Assembly (NCBI GenBank): GCA_038231515.1
Contig: JBBRLF010000003.1
Location: 1-47,268 of the forward strand
Direction: 5' to 3'
From: a candidate division WWE3 bacterium
Lineage (GTDB): Bacteria > Bdellovibrionota > UBA1018 > UBA923
DNA length: 47,268 nucleotides
Shown: one piece after another, positions 19,359 to 28,184 of the stretch
Numbering within the stretch: the first letter of the stretch is position 1
Layout: each line of letters begins with the position of its first letter
Notes under the pieces: model-generated
Told to the model about the DNA's origin: nothing
The model's database searches: none
What the model saw: the letters and a program-made list of their open reading frames with translations, nothing else
Position numbers and translations under genes: made by a program

Positions 19359-20216
19359 TTACTCCGGTCTGATTTTCAGCAACCGCGCAATTCGATCTTC
19401 GATTGGCGGATGCGTGCTGAACAGGTTCAGAAGCGCGCTGCCCGAAAATGGGTTCACGATATACAGGTGCGCCGTGGCAGGACCACCAGTAGCGAGCGGT
19501 AAGCCCGCACTAATGTTCTGAATCTTTCGAAGCGCATTGGCAAGCCATTCTGGATTCCCACACAGCAATGCCCCCCAGGAGTCCGCCTCGTATTCCCGCC
19601 CTCGCGAAACCGCAAACTGAACCAGCAGTGCCGCCAGAGGCGCAACTACCGACATGACCAGAACCTCAAGCGCACCTGCGCTACGGCCATTTTCGTCACG
19701 CCGTTGTACCCCGCCAAAAAGCGACGCCCAACGCGCCATGTTTGCAAAAAGCATAATAGCCGAGGCCATCGTGGCCGCGATGCAACTAATCAAAGTATCG
19801 CGATGTTTCACATGTGAAAGCTCGTGCGCAAGCACCGCTTCCAGCTCCTGATAGCTCAGCACACTCAGTAATCCCTGGGTAACTGCCACCGCTGCGTGGT
19901 GAGGGTTACGGCCCGTGGCAAAAGCATTGGGGGAATGGTCGGGAATTAAATACACCCGCGGCGTCGGAATACGCGCACGTTGCGCAAGGCGCTCGACCAT
20001 CTCATACAGTCCCTGAGCATCGCCCGACTGCACTTCTTGAGCGTGGTGCATGGACAAAACGATGCGATCTGAGAACCAATATGAAATAAAATTTACCATT
20101 AGAGCGAGGGCAAACCCCGCAACCACCCCCTGGGTGCCCCCAATGAGGTAGCCAAAGGACGTGAGCAAGCCCGAGAGCAACACCAGAAAGGTAAATGTTT
20201 TCAAGTAATTACGCAT
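19359..20216 (-). CDS. htpX: Zinc metalloprotease HtpX
   Basis: SYWFSD, PNAFATGRNP, LAHELSH, SRGREYEAD, LFSTHPP. Start ATG 20216 with AGGGA RBS. Confidence 0.95.
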   Translation of the reverse strand: MRNYLKTFTFLVLLSGLLTSFGYLIGGTQGVVAGFALALMVNFISYWFSDRIVLSMHHAQEVQSGDAQGLYEMVERLAQRARIPTPRVYLIPDHSPNAFATGRNPHHAAVAVTQGLLSVLSYQELEAVLAHELSHVKHRDTLISCIAATMASAIMLFANMARWASLFGGVQRRDENGRSAGALEVLVMSVVAPLAALLVQFAVSRGREYEADSWGALLCGNPEWLANALRKIQNISAGLPLATGGPATAHLYIVNPFSGSALLNLFSTHPPIEDRIARLLKIRPE

Positions 20217-20364
20217 TATTCCCTGTCTAATCAACAAATTGGACGATGTTCCATATAACTACGGCAAATGCTTATGCGCAACCACTTGTTCCGCATCGTG
20301 CGCCATGTTAGAAGGTGGCTTCGTTTGAGCAGTATTTCAACGGAGAGCAAGGGGTAACACAGGA

Positions 20365-21222
20365 ATGGAAAAGCTCGGGTTCGGTACAGCTGGTTTTCCA
20401 AGCACTGCACCGAAAAAAGATCCGATCGGGGCTCTGCAAAAGGTTAAGGATATTGGCCTTGATTGCATGGAGCTCGAATTCGCCCACGGTGTTCGCATGC
20501 GCGACGAAACTGCCGACGAGATCAGCCGCACGGCAAAGAAGCTCGGCATCACGCTTACCGCTCACGCTCCCTATTACATCAATCTGAACGCCAAAGAGCA
20601 GGACAAGATCGATGCGTCGATTAACCGCCTGCTTCAAACCGCGCGCCTTGCCGGCATGTGCGGCGCGTACAGCATGACCTTTCACGCGGCGTTCTACATG
20701 AAGGACGATCCGAAAACTGTTTTCGATATCGTGAAGCGCTATCTGAAACAGATTACCGAACGGCTGGGCGACGAAGAAAATTCAATTCATCTGCGCCCTG
20801 AACTTACCGGACGCAAGAGCCAGTTTGGCACGCTCGAAGAGCTGTGCGAGCTGAGCCAGGAAGTGCCGCAAGTTTATCCCTGCCTCGACTTCTCGCACAA
20901 CCAGGCCCGCACCGATGGCCAGGCCAACAACTACAAGCAGTTTTCGGAAGTTTTTGAACGCTACAAGAAGGCCTTGGGCAAAGGCGCTTTGAACCAGATG
21001 CACATTCACGTCGCCGGAATCCAGTACGGACCCAAAGGCGAGATCAAGCACCTGTCGCTCAAAGAGAGCGAGTTCAACTACAAAGACTTTCTGAAAGCCT
21101 GCCGCGACTTCAACGTGCGCGGCGCGATCATCTGCGAAAGCCCCGAGCTTGAGCACGACGCGCTTCTGCTGAAGAAGACGTATCACGGCCTGGGAACCAC
21201 CACGAAAGTGGCTAAGGCTTAG
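20365..21222 (+). CDS. nfo: Endonuclease IV / AP endonuclease 2 (archaeal-like subtype)
   Basis: FGTAG, HAPYYINLN, RPELTGRKSQFG, DFSH, HIHVAGI.YG.KGE..H, ICESP. Confidence 0.85.
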   Translation: MEKLGFGTAGFPSTAPKKDPIGALQKVKDIGLDCMELEFAHGVRMRDETADEISRTAKKLGITLTAHAPYYINLNAKEQDKIDASINRLLQTARLAGMCGAYSMTFHAAFYMKDDPKTVFDIVKRYLKQITERLGDEENSIHLRPELTGRKSQFGTLEELCELSQEVPQVYPCLDFSHNQARTDGQANNYKQFSEVFERYKKALGKGALNQMHIHVAGIQYGPKGEIKHLSLKESEFNYKDFLKACRDFNVRGAIICESPELEHDALLLKKTYHGLGTTTKVAKA

Positions 21223-21370
21223 CCCGGATTTCTCACCATCTTTCGTCGCGAGGGCGCGGAGCTGCCGCGTGGTTGCACGCGCGCAGGGGTGAGCGAGCGA
21301 AATCCCCGAGCACGTGCGACCACGCGAGCAGATCCACGGCCGCAGCAGAAAGCTGGTGAGAATTCCGGGC
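21222..21370. mobile_element. 149-bp palindromic MITE-like element flanked by TA
   Basis: Terminal IR 23/25 (21220-21244 vs 21348-21372, including the TA), internal IRs 7/8 and 15/17, GGGG/CCCC apex. TA on both sides. Confidence 0.65.
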
Positions 21371-22578
21371 TAGAAGCCTTCTTCTTTCTTGAAGCCGGAC
21401 AGACGCATCTTGAGATCTTCGGGCGAGTTGCTGGCGAAGATCGCATCTTCGTTCGTAACCGTGCCGGCCATTACCAGACGTTCCAGGGCCTGATTGAAGG
21501 TCTGCATCTTGTAGTAGGTCGTCGAGCTGGCCATCGCCTCGTTGATCTTGTCTATCTCGCCGGTCAGGATGAGATTTTCGATGGTCGGACTCTTGATCAG
21601 CACCTCGCACACGGCAACCCGGCCTTCGCCATCGGCGCGCGGTACGAGCTTCTGGCTGACGATTGCAAGCAGGCAGGCGCTAAGCTGAATGCGCACCTGA
21701 TTTTTCGAGGCTGGCGGAAAAACGTCCACGATGCGATCGATGGTCGATTTGGCGTCGTTCGTGTGTAGCGTGGAAAACACGAGGTGACCGGTTTCGGCCG
21801 CGGTAAGCGCGGTTTCAATGGTTTCGGTCTGGCGCATTTCGCCAATCGTAATCACGTTGGGGTCCTGGCGCATGGCGCCCATCAGGGCATCGTGCATGGT
21901 CAAGGCATCGCTGCCCACCTCGCGCTGCGAGACGCTGCTCTTCATGTCGCGATAGACGAACTCGATCGGGTCTTCAATCGTCACGATATGCGAATGGCGG
22001 TTTTCGTTGATGTGATTGATCATCGCGGCCATCGTGGTTGATTTGCCGCTGCCGGTGCTGCCGGTAATCAGAACGAGTCCACGCTTTTTCATCGCGAGTT
22101 CTTTGAGTACAGGCGGCAGATTAAGGCTTTCCAAACTTGGAATCGTAAGCGGAATCATGCGAATCACGCCGGCAACCGTGCCTCTTTGCACGTAAACGTT
22201 GGCGCGAAACCGGCCCATGCCTTCGAGCAGAAAGCTGCAGTCAACCTGGCAGTTTTTTTCGAAGTCGCGAATGAGCTTGTCGCTCAGAATGCCGTAAAGA
22301 ATCTCTTTCACCGCCTCGGTCGAAAGCTCGGCCATCTTGGCGGCCACGAGCTTGCCGTTGATGCGATACATGGGCGGACGACCCGACTTGAGATGCAAGT
22401 CAGAAGCCCCATGCTTGAGCAACGCATGCAGCAGATATTTCATCGAAGGGCGGCCACTGGCCGGGGCCGCTGGCGCCGGAGCGGCAGGCGCGATACTCGT
22501 CACGCCGGTACGCGTTCCGCCGGTTGCGGTTTCTGGTGCGGCGGCTGCTGGTGGCACTGCCTTTAATGGAGCGCTCAT
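21370..22578 (-). CDS. pilT: Type IV pilus retraction ATPase PilT/PilU family
   Basis: ASDLHL, GRFRANVY, GSTGSGKST, TIEDPIE, RQDPNVITIGEMR, AETGHLVFSTLHT. The AIRNLIRE motif is replaced by TIENLILT. Confidence 0.9.
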   Translation of the reverse strand: MSAPLKAVPPAAAAPETATGGTRTGVTSIAPAAPAPAAPASGRPSMKYLLHALLKHGASDLHLKSGRPPMYRINGKLVAAKMAELSTEAVKEILYGILSDKLIRDFEKNCQVDCSFLLEGMGRFRANVYVQRGTVAGVIRMIPLTIPSLESLNLPPVLKELAMKKRGLVLITGSTGSGKSTTMAAMINHINENRHSHIVTIEDPIEFVYRDMKSSVSQREVGSDALTMHDALMGAMRQDPNVITIGEMRQTETIETALTAAETGHLVFSTLHTNDAKSTIDRIVDVFPPASKNQVRIQLSACLLAIVSQKLVPRADGEGRVAVCEVLIKSPTIENLILTGEIDKINEAMASSTTYYKMQTFNQALERLVMAGTVTNEDAIFASNSPEDLKMRLSGFKKEEGF

Positions 22579-23438
22579 GCCGCGTCTCCCGTCTTCTTAA
22601 GAGAGCCGGGATTTTTGAAGCCGTGCAGCTCTTTCGAAATTGCGGCCAGCATCAATCTGTTTTCGATAACCTTGGCGGCGTAGTCACAGATCGTAACCAG
22701 CACCTCTTTGTCGGCATCGGTATACTGGGGCTCACCCAGCCGGTTGAGCAGCTCAAGACAGCCAAAGGTAACTCCGCGAATCACGACCGGATAGGCGACC
22801 ATGTTCTTGGCTTCAAAGCCCACGGCATTGCTGATGGTGCTGAGATAGACACTGCTGTCGTCGATGCTCGAAAGCGCCATCGGCTGCTGATTTTCGCAGA
22901 CGAAACCGGCGATGCCCTGGCCCAGCGGCACCGTGAAGTTCAATAGTCCCTCTGAAGAACGGCCGGCGGCCGCGCGAAAAAAGAGACAGGTGTTCTGATA
23001 GTCGATTTCGAGAAAAGAACCGGCTTCGGATTTAACCTGCTCCATCGCGATGCGAAGGATTTCACTGATGAGCTGACCAAAGGTCAGCGAGTCGCGCGTG
23101 ACGAGCCGAAAAAGCGACTCCACCGCGGCAAACTTGCGATTGATGCAGAACAGACTATCGTTATCGACAATAGCGACTTGCGCCAGATCTTCGTCACTCA
23201 GCTGCATTTCTTTTCCAAACTCGCTGCCTTTACTTGGCGCAATGTTAGCTTCCTCCACGACGAGCGGGGAAATCGAGAGCGACGTAACCTCGGCTGTAAC
23301 GCCGGGGCTTTCCTCTTTTTTCACTTCATATGGATCGGACCCTTTCGGGGTCGGTTGATCCTTGAAAATATCGTCCACCGTTGCTCCTCGCTCCAGGATT
23401 TCAGCGAAATTCTTTGGGGACGGAGCGTTACCTGCCAT
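22575..23438 (-). CDS. Stand-alone GAF-domain protein
   Basis: LFFRAAAG, VPLGQGIAGFV, GFEAKNMVAYP, GCLELLNR, YTDAD. ATGA overlap with pilT; AGGAGGAG RBS. Confidence 0.85.
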   Translation of the reverse strand: MAGNAPSPKNFAEILERGATVDDIFKDQPTPKGSDPYEVKKEESPGVTAEVTSLSISPLVVEEANIAPSKGSEFGKEMQLSDEDLAQVAIVDNDSLFCINRKFAAVESLFRLVTRDSLTFGQLISEILRIAMEQVKSEAGSFLEIDYQNTCLFFRAAAGRSSEGLLNFTVPLGQGIAGFVCENQQPMALSSIDDSSVYLSTISNAVGFEAKNMVAYPVVIRGVTFGCLELLNRLGEPQYTDADKEVLVTICDYAAKVIENRLMLAAISKELHGFKNPGSLKKTGDAA

Positions 23439-23543
23439 AGGATAGCTCCTCCTGTCATTCAGATCGGAGAAGGTGTGGCTTTCCTTAACGTAGCCGTTAC
23501 GCAGCGGCAGATATTGCCGCGTTGGCGAAGCTGGGGCGCTCAG

Positions 23544-24059
23544 CTAATTCTTCTTAGTAGGATCCGCCGAAATCTTCTCATCAGCAGTGTGCTCAACAAA
23601 AGTCTTCAAACCCTGCACATCTTTAATGAGCCACCGGCCCTTGGCCTTATCAAACTCAAAGATCGCATGCTTCTTGGTCGTCACCTTGTCTTCAGTGTTA
23701 GCCGACTTCACATGATAAGCGAGTTCGTAGGTAATCGAATAGCCGTCCTCGCCCAGCTTGCGCTCGTCGCGAATTTTGAGTGACGAGGTAGACTCGATCT
23801 TCTGGTCTTCAAACGCCCGTTTAAAAAGGTGCTCGCCCTGATCGCCAAGCTGCGCGTCTTTTTCAAGCTTTTCCAGCTCCTCGCGCGCGCTGTCCATTGT
23901 AAGGTCTTTGAGGCCGGCGATGTCGCCGATCGCCTTCACTCCAAAGGCCAGATTGACGTAAGTGCTAAGAACTTCTTTGGGCGTTTCGGTGGCCGGTACC
24001 TTTGTGCAGCCAAAAGCGCCTGCCACGAGCAAAACAATCACTACGCTGTTACGCAACAT
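23544..24059 (-). CDS. Hypothetical lipoprotein (possible NTF2-like fold)
   Basis: Lipobox AFGC, TPKEVLSTY start and RWLI C-terminal strand. Confidence 0.65.
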   Translation of the reverse strand: MLRNSVVIVLLVAGAFGCTKVPATETPKEVLSTYVNLAFGVKAIGDIAGLKDLTMDSAREELEKLEKDAQLGDQGEHLFKRAFEDQKIESTSSLKIRDERKLGEDGYSITYELAYHVKSANTEDKVTTKKHAIFEFDKAKGRWLIKDVQGLKTFVEHTADEKISADPTKKN

Positions 24060-24756
24060 ATCCCGAGCTCCTCACACGATCGATGAAATCTCTTATATCT
24101 TTGTGTTGGTCCGCCGACGTGGCCAGAAATCGCAGCCCTCGCCCGGTGCCGTCTTTGCTTCTACTTACTGATTCTACCGCACAGCCCAGGAAGAGATCAC
24201 CCAGTTTCAGCTCTATGGCATCAACTTTGTCCAAACCCAGCCCCGCTTCGGCGCTTGCGAACGCATAACAGCCTTCCAGGCCCAGGCGGCTCACCCGCGC
24301 AGGGACGGATTTGCCCCCCATCTGCAGCTCGGCTTCAATGCGGGGCAGAAAAACGGGCTGTCCTTCAAACCAGCGTTGACCGGCATGGTAGTAGGCTTCG
24401 CTCAAGCTGCGATAAAGATGCAGACAGTAGATGCCTCCCACGATCAGCAGAAATAGCGCATAAAACGCGAGCGCATAGTTCTTCGTGCTGATCAGATAGT
24501 GCAGGTTCACTCCGAGCAGCACGGTGCCCAGCACCAGCACGCTCCAAAAACCCCGCCACCGGGCCTTCAGCAGCCAGTAAACCGTAACCAGGGTCCACAG
24601 GCCTTGAACTATCATCCAGAAATATGACTCCGGGTGCATTACCTTGGCCAGCGACCCTTTTTGCATCACCCAGATGTTGAGTATAAAAATTGGAATCGCC
24701 AGAAGCATCGTGAAAGCCAAAAGCGTGTACTGGCGCGGACGGCGGATGAGCGGCAT
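24049..24756 (-). CDS. Membrane protein with degenerate C-terminal PilZ-like domain
   Basis: Four TM helices followed by QRWFE, RLGLEGC and GLRF. Start set at ATG 24756. Confidence 0.6.
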   Translation of the reverse strand: MPLIRRPRQYTLLAFTMLLAIPIFILNIWVMQKGSLAKVMHPESYFWMIVQGLWTLVTVYWLLKARWRGFWSVLVLGTVLLGVNLHYLISTKNYALAFYALFLLIVGGIYCLHLYRSLSEAYYHAGQRWFEGQPVFLPRIEAELQMGGKSVPARVSRLGLEGCYAFASAEAGLGLDKVDAIELKLGDLFLGCAVESVSRSKDGTGRGLRFLATSADQHKDIRDFIDRVRSSGYVA

Positions 24757-24800
24757 ATTATTAAAGTTCGCACAGTTTCGCGTGTGATACAATTCTAGTT

Positions 24801-24992
24801 ATGTCGCACTATATTACTAAAGAATGCGTCGACTGCGGTGCGTGTCTTGAAGCATGTCCGACTGACTCCATCATCAAAGGCGAAAAGATCTATCTTATCG
24901 ATGCCGATACCTGCACCGACTGCCTGGCCTGCGTGCCCCTCTGTCCAACCGATGCCATCAAAAAGCTGCCCGCCATAGCGACAAAACCGTGA
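24801..24992 (+). CDS. 2x[4Fe-4S] ferredoxin
   Basis: CVDCGACLEACP and CTDCLACVPLCP. Confidence 0.93.
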   Translation: MSHYITKECVDCGACLEACPTDSIIKGEKIYLIDADTCTDCLACVPLCPTDAIKKLPAIATKP

Positions 24993-26161
24993 GCAAAATA
25001 TTCTCTCTTGGAGTGATGACGGGTACGAGCTGTGATGGCGCAGATCTGGCGTTGCTGCAGATTAAACAAGGCGACGAGACCCTGGCGCATACCGCATCGC
25101 ATTCCTTTCCTGAACCGCTGCGCCAGCGCCTGCGTGCCGCGCAGGCCGGCAAACTCGATATTCCTGAAACCGCGGTCCTGACCCGCGACTATTCGGCCTG
25201 GCTGGCGCTCGTTTGCCGCCGTACACTTACGCGCTGGCGCGTGCCTGCCTCGGGCGTGCTGATTGCGATTCACGGACAGACTGTTTGGCACGCACCTGAG
25301 CGCGGCATCTCGGTGCAGCTGCTCGACCCGACGATCGTGGCTTTTCAAACGGGCTGCACCGTAACCGCGGCTTTTCGGCAACCCGACCTGGCACGTGGTG
25401 GCCAGGGCGCACCGCTGGTGCCGCTCTACCATTGGATGCGCGCGAACTCTGGCAGCTTTGCCAAGACGCTGCCCTTCGCGATTCACAATATCGGCGGCAT
25501 CGCGAATCTTACCTACATCACCCGTAACCAGCAGCGCCTCATCGCGTTCGACACCGGCCCCGGCAACGCCTTGATTGACCTGGCCGCCGAGCAGGCCAGC
25601 GGCGGACGGCTGAAGTTTGATAAAGATGGCAAGCTCGCCGCCTCGGCCCTTGATGCCATTGACTGGCGTGCCATTGAAAAACTCGGGCGACACGCATTTT
25701 TTCGCACGCCGCCCCCCAAAAGCACCGGCCGCGAACTTTTCAGCGGAGCCTTTCTGCGACAGCTTCCCGGCCGAGGCGCGACGCGCGTCGCAAACGCGAC
25801 AGCCCTGACTGCGCACACCATGGCAAAAGCCCACGTCGAATTTATCTTGAAGAAGGGGCACGTGCTGAACGGCGTTTTCGCTGCCGGCGGCGGCGCGCGC
25901 AACCCAACCTTGCTGCGGCTGTTTTCGCGTGAAATCGCTCGCCTGAGCGGCGAAGAGATTCCCATCGGGGTTTTGCCCGACAGCTTTGCGCCAGCACAAT
26001 ATCTGGAAGCAATGGCCTTTGCCCGCCTGGGCTACGAAGCCCTCAAGGGCAATGCCGTAAGTCTGGCCATCGTAACCGGTGCCGTCGAGAACGCCTTTGG
26101 CGCGGGCATTTTTCCGGGCGAAAACTATCGCCGGCTCTTAAAACGTCTCAACCTGACTTGA
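24989..26161 (+). CDS. anmK: Anhydro-N-acetylmuramic acid kinase
   Basis: GVMTGTSCDG, HGQTVWH, GGQGAPLVP, NIGGIAN, FDTGPGN, PKSTGRELF, GGGARN. Confidence 0.95.
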   Translation: MSKIFSLGVMTGTSCDGADLALLQIKQGDETLAHTASHSFPEPLRQRLRAAQAGKLDIPETAVLTRDYSAWLALVCRRTLTRWRVPASGVLIAIHGQTVWHAPERGISVQLLDPTIVAFQTGCTVTAAFRQPDLARGGQGAPLVPLYHWMRANSGSFAKTLPFAIHNIGGIANLTYITRNQQRLIAFDTGPGNALIDLAAEQASGGRLKFDKDGKLAASALDAIDWRAIEKLGRHAFFRTPPPKSTGRELFSGAFLRQLPGRGATRVANATALTAHTMAKAHVEFILKKGHVLNGVFAAGGGARNPTLLRLFSREIARLSGEEIPIGVLPDSFAPAQYLEAMAFARLGYEALKGNAVSLAIVTGAVENAFGAGIFPGENYRRLLKRLNLT

Positions 26162-27097
26162 AAGCACGAGCGCATTGCGAACTGGAATACTCATTCCGGG
26201 CGGTGGCGGCTCAATGCCGATAAAGCGCGGTCCGAAAACCGAGCCGTGTTCGGCCCATTCCGACTGTAGCCCCGTCATGACCACCGGCTGACTCAGGGCG
26301 GGCTTGCCCGCGTTGTGGCTCCAGCTGCGCGGCACCCAGCAGTCCGGCGAGTCCTCTCGCATTTTGGCCTCAATCAGCTTTCGCGCCAGGGGCAACTTGT
26401 GCGTGAGCTCAAACTGCGCGGCCGCATAGGTGGCAATCGAGCCGGTATCAAACCATTCCAGCTCTTCGCGAAACGCAAACAGGCGGCCTTCTTTGATCAG
26501 CGGCTCAAGCAGCGTGGGCCGCAGCTCGCTAACGCCGGCCGGTAGCCGCTCGAGCAGCTCGGGCTCAAGCAGGTAGCCCCCGGTAAACATGGTGCCCTGC
26601 GAGGCTTTTTCGCCAAGAGACAGCACGCGTCCATCGGCTCCGATTTGAATATTCGTATAAGGCTCGGCCGCATTGCTAAAGCTGCGAACGTGCAACGTCA
26701 GCAGCGCCTTGCTCGCACGATGAAACTCCGCCATGCGCGTCCAGGCCGGAAAGCAGATGCAGTCGCCGTTAATCACGGCAAGCAGGTCGGAGCCAATCCA
26801 GTCCGTGAGCTTCCACAGCGCACCCGACGAGCCCAGCACCTGCGCCGACTCATCGCTATATTTGAACGAAATGCCCGTGAATTTTTTCAGCTCAAGGTCG
26901 TCGCCCGCCTCCCGTACCGTGTCGGGGGCATGGCTGACGTTGATCATGAACGAGCCAATGCGCAGCTCAGACTTCAGATGCCAGGCCCCATACCAGAACG
27001 CGGGAATGCCCACGACTGGAAGACTGGGCTTGGCCCGGCCATACGTCAGCGGGCGAAGACGAGTGCCCAGGCCTGCGGCCAGCACCAGGGCCTTCAT
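26138..27097 (-). CDS. murU: Sugar-phosphate nucleotidyltransferase, MurU-like
   Basis: LAAGLGTRLRPLT...KP, INGD, WFDTG. Directly downstream of the amgK-like kinase. Confidence 0.75.
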   Translation of the reverse strand: MKALVLAAGLGTRLRPLTYGRAKPSLPVVGIPAFWYGAWHLKSELRIGSFMINVSHAPDTVREAGDDLELKKFTGISFKYSDESAQVLGSSGALWKLTDWIGSDLLAVINGDCICFPAWTRMAEFHRASKALLTLHVRSFSNAAEPYTNIQIGADGRVLSLGEKASQGTMFTGGYLLEPELLERLPAGVSELRPTLLEPLIKEGRLFAFREELEWFDTGSIATYAAAQFELTHKLPLARKLIEAKMREDSPDCWVPRSWSHNAGKPALSQPVVMTGLQSEWAEHGSVFGPRFIGIEPPPPGMSIPVRNALVLSSQVETF

Positions 27098-27107
27098 GCG
27101 CAGCTAC

Positions 27108-28184
27108 CTAAAAATAATAATAGCGGAAGAGCAGGCATCGCAGCTCCTCAAGCTCGGGGAATTTGAGCAGGTTTCTTCGGATGTTCTCAAAGGTGTTGCC
27201 GATGAACTTCAGATATCTGACATCCTGCCGTTTCATGTAAAACGAGGCGAACGATCCGATGGCCTTGAAGTTGCGCTGAATCGACATCAGATCAAAGATG
27301 CGGATGAACTCTTTGTGATTCTCTTTTACGCCTTCGGCCTTTTCTTTGGTGCGCAGGTAGTAATCGACCAGCTCGTAAATAACCTCTTCATCGAGCTGAT
27401 AATATGAATCGCGCAACAGCGACGCCAGATCGTACTGCGGACAGCCCAGGCGGGCATCCTGAAAGTCGATCATGTATAGCTCGTTGCCCTTCACCATGAC
27501 ATTACGCCCGTGGTAATCGCGGTGGGTGAAGTACCACTCCTGCGAGGCCAGGCGTTTGCAGATCATCTTGAAGTAAGTTTCGACGGTTTTACTTTCCTTG
27601 GCCGGAATGTTGCGCGCCAGGGCACCGTTGTAAAAATGAGCCAGCGTGAAGCCCACCTCCCACATCAGCTTCTCTTCGTCGAAATAAAGGCCGTAAGCAT
27701 CAATCGGGGCCGTGGTTTTCGTGGCGATCACCTGCATGTTGAGCACCAGGTCGATGGCACGTTTGAACCAGACCAGCTGATCGCGTTGCTTCGACACGCG
27801 CTCGAGGCGCTTGAGCAAAGTCTCGTCGCCCAGATCGGACAGCAGAATCATTCCCTGCTTGGGCTCGATATCAATAATTTGCGGCACGTTCACGCCCAGG
27901 CGGCTCAGATGTTTTTGCACCTGAATGAAGGGCAGCTGCTCGCCGACGTCAGCGAAGGTCTGCATCTTCATCGCGATAAAAGAGGAGTTGCGCGTGCGCA
28001 CGCGAAAGTACCGGCGCGTAGACGCGTCACCCGGGATAGGGGTAACGGCCACGGACCGGCCCAGCCGCGAAACCCAATGGCGTACCAGGGCATCATCGGA
28101 TGCCTGTGACGCCTGAGACACCCGCGACGTGCTGCCACGAGCCGCTCTTACCGGAACCATTCTCGTTTTCAAATCGAGGCTCAC
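27108..28184 (-). CDS. amgK: MurNAc/GlcNAc anomeric kinase AmgK (APH-fold phosphotransferase)
   Basis: GDASTRRYFRV, LSDLGD, HRDYHGRN, IDFQDA, YDLASLLRD, QRNFKAIGSF. The start could be ATG 28160. Confidence 0.85.
   Translation of the reverse strand: MSLDLKTRMVPVRAARGSTSRVSQASQASDDALVRHWVSRLGRSVAVTPIPGDASTRRYFRVRTRNSSFIAMKMQTFADVGEQLPFIQVQKHLSRLGVNVPQIIDIEPKQGMILLSDLGDETLLKRLERVSKQRDQLVWFKRAIDLVLNMQVIATKTTAPIDAYGLYFDEEKLMWEVGFTLAHFYNGALARNIPAKESKTVETYFKMICKRLASQEWYFTHRDYHGRNVMVKGNELYMIDFQDARLGCPQYDLASLLRDSYYQLDEEVIYELVDYYLRTKEKAEGVKENHKEFIRIFDLMSIQRNFKAIGSFASFYMKRQDVRYLKFIGNTFENIRRNLLKFPELEELRCLLFRYYYF

Noticed and set aside
20255-20283. dif-like site (minus strand GTTGCGCATAA resembles the XerC arm)
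   Set aside because: No XerD arm (TTATGTTAAAT) follows the 6-bp spacer.
23486-23520. Two short hairpins (TAACG/CGTTA, GCGGCA/TGCCGC) upstream of the GAF gene as a riboswitch
   Set aside because: Stems of 5-6 bp are expected by chance and I recognise no aptamer consensus.
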